Below, one piece after another: positions 59,601-64,000 of a DNA stretch of 64,000 nucleotides. Source of the DNA: an uncultured bacterium. GTDB lineage: Bacteria; Armatimonadota; HRBIN16. The position numbers were made by a program, and so were the translations under genes. Each line of letters begins with the position of its first letter. The first letter of the stretch is position 1. The notes beneath the pieces are model-generated. The model saw only the letters and a list, made by a program, of their open reading frames with translations, was not told where the DNA came from and did no database searches. Location of the stretch: positions 15,879 to 79,878 of the forward strand of contig CALJAP010000021.1 in NCBI GenBank assembly GCA_938027655.1, read 5' to 3'.

Positions 59601-60485
59601 GGCTTCGGCGACAGGGTACGCTTGCGATGGCATACCGGCATCGTCGGGGCGCATCATGCCAACCTGCTGGAGGAACCCCTGCAAGCCCTTTCTCTGCAGG
59701 ACGGAGCGGTAGAGTTCCCGCTGGATAGCTTCGCCATCGAAACCTTCCTGCTGAAGCCGAAACCTTTTACCCCGAAGGGCGGACGCCGTGTGCTGGGCGC
59801 AACGACCGAACCCGTGCAGCCGGTGTACGTGCGCTACTGGCAACACAATCTCGGCGCCGACCCCATCGGCTACCTGCCGGTGGCGGTGAGCCTGCGCGGA
59901 GAGGTGAAGACGGGTATCCACATCCGCCAGGGAGGCGTGACGGTCAACACGATCGAGGTGGGCGTCGTGAATAACCTACGCGACCGCAACGCGACGGGCG
60001 TCGTTCGCCTAATCGTCCCGGAAGGCTGGCACACTGTGCCTGCGGAGATTCCGTTTGACCTGCCTCCGGGCGAGGCACACTGCTGGAAGGTGCTGCTCTG
60101 CTTCGACACACCGCGGCGGACGGGTGTGGTGCGCGCCCGGCTGGAGTGGGATGGGCAAACTTATGAGGATATTCTGGAGGTCGGACGCGAGTACTTCCCC
60201 GAATGGGATGTACATCTCGTTCGGAATGCGCTGCTCGTGCGCCTGCGCAACGGCACAGACGACCTCATCCATGGCGCGGTGCAGGTGATTACGCCACTGG
60301 AGACATGGGGCGACGCCGCGGGACTATACCGCCTGACCGCTGGCGGCAAGCACACGCAGGGTTTCGGTCTGCAACCCGACGAGCGTGCGGAGATACGCTT
60401 CGAGGGGGAGCCACCGCCCGGGCGAGGCTTCATCATCGTAAAGGTGATGGCGCATGGCAAGGTAGAGTACCGCAAGGTACAATAA
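56670..60485 (+). CDS. GH38-family alpha-mannosidase
   Basis: VVPGFHSDVVWLEDQ and ...GGSHSQPTETVIGGEGIVRNILYGRWY... match the GH38 N-terminal catalytic domain. 1271 aa. Confidence 0.7.
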   Translation: MAQRTCTYVVPGFHSDVVWLEDQRDYAVSLLGDMHQNLQILRIDPRYGVFLHELTYLKPYLDTHPEALPEVRRWVQEGRIGTGGSHSQPTETVIGGEGIVRNILYGRWYHEGVLGDQPWIYMPWDVFGHTAQLGQILRKSRFRGCIWSKDIRGALAVFWHLALDGEPLLFKRMGYWLPSGDPETFLKAIDDFFQEMRSLGFTADCRLDCVDFKPPTAWMAGRCEELAGREHAVIISGIGHEQWFEHAFRQHEERTVSIPVTSRDYEWHHQGTGLSRIELKIGNRLAEQNLHQAEFFATVAHLLGAEYPDKALDKAWRQLLFNQHHDGIAGPSCDRAYLDMMAGFREALELAHDVRSRSLRYICDQTDTAYTAPPPTVIALQVHNALGWSRTDAVHVTLRFPKPVSGFRIEDSEGNAVPCQLESPVPPRLPLHEAEVTLLARDIPAMGFRTYRVVETDSLPPAPRLIPGYAIENEFFRVTADPQLGGGLSSLFDKQAGREVLNPQAGPGNEIVALLEKADRAEPAWECYTLGPKWFSRDYAANVQAWQGPVQSRLVIRGEMRSCEREQVVSLTQGVRRIDFATQLQRYRGENELFVVTFPVNVQNAEPVFEERFGAITKRKSKGKLDFRFHQWRNFSECGARHACQWVDLSGAAWVRFADGQQRPFGMCHLVTSHHPASVQAAYTLQRALIRKGVPCTPVYDDFDAPRRLQLPVEDTILPFPNNPNEDLSLGMSFRVVFSLNGDNTYLSDLMAHLPETQATRLQALLSEQQGIALVDDPDMPDGWQPLPVLVIAAKDEATLQQMVQQLSEQIEQSAAIVLPAEANLLQRPIPADSYGVALVNTGNVLNSVENDNTMVLFLMHTAAWGGTPWGKPDRLPFVFIPEHKTHLFRYSLYPHRGDWREAQTARVGWEVNNPLQTVQGMLHGGALPLDYSFLQVEAKGAILTALKPADNPTGRFESGAVDAERGSIVVRLYDPTGFGDRVRLRWHTGIVGAHHANLLEEPLQALSLQDGAVEFPLDSFAIETFLLKPKPFTPKGGRRVLGATTEPVQPVYVRYWQHNLGADPIGYLPVAVSLRGEVKTGIHIRQGGVTVNTIEVGVVNNLRDRNATGVVRLIVPEGWHTVPAEIPFDLPPGEAHCWKVLLCFDTPRRTGVVRARLEWDGQTYEDILEVGREYFPEWDVHLVRNALLVRLRNGTDDLIHGAVQVITPLETWGDAAGLYRLTAGGKHTQGFGLQPDERAEIRFEGEPPPGRGFIIVKVMAHGKVEYRKVQ

Positions 60486-60505
60486 AGGCCGGAGGTGGGC
60501 GAAGC

Positions 60506-61162
60506 ATGCAACCCGCGCTGAAAACCGACAAGATGACCATGACCTATGAGGAGTTCCGTCAGTGGGCAGGGGAAGATACCTGTGCCGAGTGGGTGGATGG
60601 GGAGGTCATTTTACCGAGGCCACCAAAGAGAAAACATCAGTCTATCACTATATTCCTGACCCGATTGCTGAGTGATTTTCTGGAACTCACCGGGCAGGGA
60701 GAAGCGATTGCCGCTCCTTTTGAGACCTTTTTACCCTCTCGCCCAGCATCGCGCGAGCCGGATATAATCGTGGTGCTCAGTGAGAATCTGCAAAAGTTGA
60801 GCGAGGAACGCTTCACCGGTGCCCCTGACCTTGTGGTGGAGGTGGTTTCGGAGGATAGCGTGCGCCGTGACCGGATGGAGAAGTTTCTGGAATACGAGCG
60901 CGAGGGCGTGCGCGAGTACTGGCTGGTCGATTCGCGCCCGGCGCATCTGGGGGTAGATGTCTTCACGCTGGAGCAAGGCAGTTTCGTGCCTCTCGTGCCG
61001 AGTGAAGAAGGCTGGCTGGAGAGCAAGGTGCTGCCCGGCTTCCGGGTGAAGGAGACGTGGTTTACCGGGCAATCGCTTCCTGACGTGTACAGCGCGTTGA
61101 GCGAGATGCTGTCTCCCGATTTAAAGCAGAAGCTGGCGCAGAAGCTGGGCATCCCCCTGTAG
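60506..61162 (+). CDS. Uma2-family (DUF820) putative endonuclease
   Basis: MTYEEFRQW...AEWVDGEV...PDIIVV...APDLVVEVVSE...REYWLVD. The ATG at 60506 has RBS GGAGGTG. The track ORF extends upstream to 60203. Confidence 0.8.
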   Translation: MQPALKTDKMTMTYEEFRQWAGEDTCAEWVDGEVILPRPPKRKHQSITIFLTRLLSDFLELTGQGEAIAAPFETFLPSRPASREPDIIVVLSENLQKLSEERFTGAPDLVVEVVSEDSVRRDRMEKFLEYEREGVREYWLVDSRPAHLGVDVFTLEQGSFVPLVPSEEGWLESKVLPGFRVKETWFTGQSLPDVYSALSEMLSPDLKQKLAQKLGIPL

Positions 61163-61397
61163 GGGCAACCCTATGTGGTTGCCCCTACCCTATGTGGTTG
61201 CCCCTACCCTGTGTGGTTGCCCCTGCCCTGTGTAGTTGCCCCTGCGCTATGCGGTTGACCCTACCCTATGCGGTTGCCCCTGCGCTATGTGGTTGCCCCT
61301 GCCCTGTGTGGTTGCCCTGCCCTATGTGGTTGCCTCTGCCCTATGTGGTTGCCCTGCCCTATGCGGTTGCCCCTGCCCTATGTGGTTGCCCCTGCCC
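61163..61397. repeat. Tandem array of a 19-bp unit CTATGTGGTTGCCCCTGCC, 12 copies with point variants (two units are 18 bp)
   Basis: Head-to-tail copies with no spacers. The period is not a multiple of three. The array begins with the hairpin GGGGCAACC-ctatgt-GGTTGCCCC. It fills the entire gap between the convergent stops at 61162 and 61405. Confidence 0.9.
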
Positions 61398-61404
61398 GCG
61401 CAAT

Positions 61405-62550
61405 CTATCCTATCGCTTCCAGCTCTTTCTGCAGCACCTCGGTATAGGTTGGGTCGTCTTCGTCAATCTTCTCCAGCACCGCCTTCAGCAGGTTGATGTA
61501 GCTGATGTCGGTGGGGTTCACGCCGTAGAGCAGCGCGAGGTAGCAGCTCACCCAATCGCCGAAGTAGATGGCATAGAGCATTCGCGCCAGCAGGCTCTGC
61601 CCCTCGGCAAACACTTCGTGCACCTGCGCTGCGCGGGCAAACAGTCGTTTCGTCGTCTCCACACGCGCCACGATTTTCGGTCGCTCCGCATGGTCGCGCA
61701 ACAGCACTACTGCCAGATTGGGAACCTGTTGCTTCGCCAGCACCCACCCCAGGATTTCGTTGTGGTTCATCTCGGGGTAGCCATTGGAGAAAGCGTGAAT
61801 CTTGGTGTTCTCGTTCAACTGCGTCTTCCAGCGAAAGGCGACGACGGTGGAATACGCCTGCGAGCCGTAGATGAGGGGCAGCTTGCCGTACAGCCCCGCA
61901 GCAAGCTGCTTGGCAGGGTTCTTCTCGAACGGCACATCGGCGTTCCACTGCTCTCGTGCCCGCTCCAGCAAGGCGATAGCGTTCTGCAGGTCACCGGTGG
62001 GATCACGTCGGAGGACACCCGCCTTATGCGCCGCCATCAGCATAGGGATAAACAGGTAGCCCATCGCGCTGCGAGGGGGCTGTCCCTTAGGGATAAACGC
62101 GACAGGGGTGCCGTAGTGCGCCGCGCGTTGAGCCAGCTCGCCACCGCTGGTTACGCACGCCAGAAGCGCGCCCCGGTCCTGTGCGTCCTCGAACGCGCTC
62201 AGCGTTTCCTCGGTGTTGCCGGAATAGCTGGCAGCGATCACGAAGGTATGGTCGTTCACGAAAGCGGGCATCTGGTAGTCACGGTTCACCACCAGAGGCA
62301 CTTCGCCGTTGTCTTCTACCAGCACGCGCAGCAGGTCGCCCCCTACCGCCGAGCCGCCCAGCCCCGTCACCACAACATTCTGGATAGGCATGCGCGGTGT
62401 AGGAGGATTGAACTGCTTCGCGATGTCCAGTGCTTTGCGACATTGTTCGGGGAAGTCATGGGTCAGGGGAATCATATTCTGAGCATCCAGCACGGAACGA
62501 CGCGCCGCATCGTCCAGCACGCTGGTGTCTACCGCAACCTGATCGGACAT
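61405..62550 (-). CDS. Bifunctional phosphoglucose/phosphomannose isomerase (SIS-domain PGI/PMI family)
   Basis: SYSGNTEETL, tandem SIS domains and the C-terminal PGI/PMI signature. Start at 62550 has RBS GAAGGAGGAG. Confidence 0.75.
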   Translation of the reverse strand: MSDQVAVDTSVLDDAARRSVLDAQNMIPLTHDFPEQCRKALDIAKQFNPPTPRMPIQNVVVTGLGGSAVGGDLLRVLVEDNGEVPLVVNRDYQMPAFVNDHTFVIAASYSGNTEETLSAFEDAQDRGALLACVTSGGELAQRAAHYGTPVAFIPKGQPPRSAMGYLFIPMLMAAHKAGVLRRDPTGDLQNAIALLERAREQWNADVPFEKNPAKQLAAGLYGKLPLIYGSQAYSTVVAFRWKTQLNENTKIHAFSNGYPEMNHNEILGWVLAKQQVPNLAVVLLRDHAERPKIVARVETTKRLFARAAQVHEVFAEGQSLLARMLYAIYFGDWVSCYLALLYGVNPTDISYINLLKAVLEKIDEDDPTYTEVLQKELEAIG

Positions 62551-62569
62551 TACCTCAGCTCCTCCTTCA

Positions 62570-62800
62570 TCACTCCGCCACAAAGGGCAGTAGAGCCAGA
62601 TGGCGCGCCCGCTTAATCGCCTTAGCCAGCTGTCGCTGGTGCTTGGCGCAGTTACCACTGGTACGTCGTGCGACAATCTTGCCCCGATCCGTGATGTATC
62701 GGCGCAAGCGAGCCACGTTCTTGTAGTCGATATAGGCGACTTTATCCACGCAGAAGCCGCACACCTTGCGGCGTCGCCGGTAGCGCGGTTTGTTGGTCAT
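62570..62800 (-). CDS. rpsR: 30S ribosomal protein S18
   Basis: [55 protein letters not shown]. Confidence 0.95.
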   Translation of the reverse strand: MTNKPRYRRRRKVCGFCVDKVAYIDYKNVARLRRYITDRGKIVARRTSGNCAKHQRQLAKAIKRARHLALLPFVAE

Positions 62801-62812
62801 GATTTCCTCCGT

Positions 62813-63322
62813 TTACTCTTCGTCGGTTTCAGCAAAGGGGTCGTAGTCCTCGAACTCCTCCTCTTCTATCATCTCCTCGTCGCCCAGGAAGGGGTCACTC
62901 ACCTCCCCCGGCGCCGCCTGAACAGGCGGTGCAGCCGTTTTCGTCGGCGAAGCGGCACTCACGGTGGGCACAGGCTCTTCTTCCGGTACGCCAGCCGCCT
63001 CTCTGGGGCGGTCCAGTCCCGCCAGCCGGTCTACCACCACTTCGTAGGCGCGGCGTCGGTCACCCTGCGGAGAGAGCCAGTCACGCACTTGCAGGCGCCC
63101 TTCCGCCATAATCAGCCGCCCCTTCTTCAGGTAGTTGATGGCAAACTCCGCTTGCTGGCGCCACGCCACCAGGTCGATGAAATCGGTCTGGCGTTCGCCT
63201 GTCTCGCGGTTTCGCATCCGGTCCACAGCGATGGTCATCCGCGCCAGGGTCACTCCCTCCGGCGTGGAGCGATACTCCGGATCCCTGACAAGTCGTCCGA
63301 TAAGGATAACGCGGTTGTACAT
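62813..63322 (-). CDS. ssb: Single-stranded DNA-binding protein
   Basis: MYNRVILIGRLVRDPEYRSTPEGVTLARMTIAV OB-fold and an acidic C-terminal tail ending DPFAETDEE. Confidence 0.9.
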   Translation of the reverse strand: MYNRVILIGRLVRDPEYRSTPEGVTLARMTIAVDRMRNRETGERQTDFIDLVAWRQQAEFAINYLKKGRLIMAEGRLQVRDWLSPQGDRRRAYEVVVDRLAGLDRPREAAGVPEEEPVPTVSAASPTKTAAPPVQAAPGEVSDPFLGDEEMIEEEEFEDYDPFAETDEE

Positions 63323-63355
63323 GGTGATTTCCCCTTCCTGAGCGAGAAGTGGTGT

Positions 63356-63832
63356 TTACGCTTGCTCCTCCTCGACGCCCGCTGGTTCCCCTCCTTCAGA
63401 GGCCGATACCTCTACGACGCCCTCCTCGACCGCCGATTCCGCTTCGGCAGCTTCGGGTTCCTCAAGAGGTTCCTCTACCACCACCTCTTCCTCAGCAATC
63501 GGTTCGGCAGTCTCTTCTGTGGTGGGAACGGTCAGCACCAGATGCGGTTTATCGTGACGAACGATAAGATGGCGTATCACCTCATCGCTGATTCGGAACA
63601 GCCTGTCTAACTCCGCAGGAACCTGCGGGTCGGCGCGGAAGTACATCAAGACGTAGGTGGCTTCCTGCACCTTGTTGATGGGGTATGCGAGGCGACGCCG
63701 GTCCCACTTACCGGAGTGATCGATGACACCTCCGGCGCTTTCCACCACCTGATTGTAACGAGCGATGATCTCTGCCAGTCGCTCCTCGTCCACGCTGGGG
63801 TGGACGAGATACATGGCTTCGTAAAACGGCAC
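63356..63832 (-). CDS. rpsF: 30S ribosomal protein S6
   Basis: MPFYEAMYLVHPSVDEERLAEII... with a long acidic C-terminal extension. Confidence 0.9.
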   Translation of the reverse strand: MPFYEAMYLVHPSVDEERLAEIIARYNQVVESAGGVIDHSGKWDRRRLAYPINKVQEATYVLMYFRADPQVPAELDRLFRISDEVIRHLIVRHDKPHLVLTVPTTEETAEPIAEEEVVVEEPLEEPEAAEAESAVEEGVVEVSASEGGEPAGVEEEQA

Positions 63833-63912
63833 TGTCGTGTTTCCTCCCTCTGGACTGATTTGGCTCCACCTCTACCGGGCGGAGCAGGAAGGGTGCTCTA
63901 AAGCCTCACGTT

Positions 63913-63942
63913 ATTATACTATTGCGCGGACGGAGTTTGCAA
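63913..63942 (-). promoter_or_regulatory. Sigma70 promoter TTGCAA-18-TATAAT for the rpsF-ssb-rpsR operon
   Basis: On the minus strand, -35 TTGCAA is at 63937-63942 and -10 TATAAT at 63913-63918, with an 18-nt spacer. Confidence 0.6.
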
Positions 63943-64000
63943 GGGATTGAATCTCTGTTTTTTCGATATTCTCAAGCAGTCGGCTGCAAGTTCTGGTCGG

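Noticed and set aside
61163-61397. CRISPR array
   Set aside because: The 19-bp units are directly adjacent with no spacers, so this is a minisatellite rather than a CRISPR.
61192-62616. 474-aa ORF running through the 19-bp array and antisense to the PGI/PMI gene
   Set aside because: It begins inside a non-coding 19-bp-period repeat and mirrors a bona fide SIS-domain gene.

Overview
This 64 kb window is a high-GC (about 60 %) bacterial chromosomal segment. It is densely coded on both strands, with no rRNA, tRNA or CRISPR array. The long in-frame antisense ORFs in the track are spurious shadows expected at this GC content.

Recognisable housekeeping genes:
- groES-groEL, preceded by a perfect CIRCE operator and a sigma70-type promoter.
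- prmA, rsmE, pckA, aspS, leuC-leuD, pdxT and eda.
- rpsF-ssb-rpsR.
- Bifunctional PGI/PMI.

Other content:
- A polyphosphate operon in the order ppx/gppA, CHAD, sixA, ppk1, Yip1-like.
- Carbohydrate-active enzymes: GH38 alpha-mannosidase, a glycogen-debranching enzyme, a sialate-O-acetylesterase-like protein, a DUF4838-like protein and a 1453-aa CBM-containing protein.
- A GT39/PMT_2 membrane glycosyltransferase, and a separate operon of GT2, SAM-methyltransferase and metallophosphoesterase.
- A CcrM-like adenine methyltransferase, gamma-glutamyltranspeptidase, ComEC and a PEP-CTERM protein.
- Two Uma2 (DUF820) endonucleases and a Tat-signal Fe/Mn SOD.
- Two H-X9-DG (DUF1559-like) proteins. 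These, together with PEP-CTERM, suggest an Armatimonadota- or Planctomycetota-like host; this is inference only.

Signals not explained by ordinary annotation:
- One H-X9-DG gene (55174-55944) is interrupted by a single in-frame TAA.
- A roughly 200-nt structured RNA candidate with its own promoter and a U-tract, closed by a 10-bp GC helix, lies between aspS and an oxidoreductase gene.
- A 93-bp tandem repeat (about 3.2 copies), each unit a strong hairpin, sits in a lower-GC islet immediately upstream of a GxxExxY (PD-(D/E)XK-like) gene.
- A 19-bp tandem array of 12 units fills a convergent intergenic gap. Its GGGGCAACC/GGTTGCCCC hairpin motif recurs after pckA.
- A dispersed 150-300 bp intergenic repeat family with terminal inverted repeats (MITE-like) has three copies.
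- REP-like palindromes (CCCCTCTCC-N5-GGAGAGGGG) sit inside the 5' coding end of an outer-membrane protein gene and again downstream of ggt.
- A coiled-coil protein is built from near-identical 75-bp tandem coding repeats.
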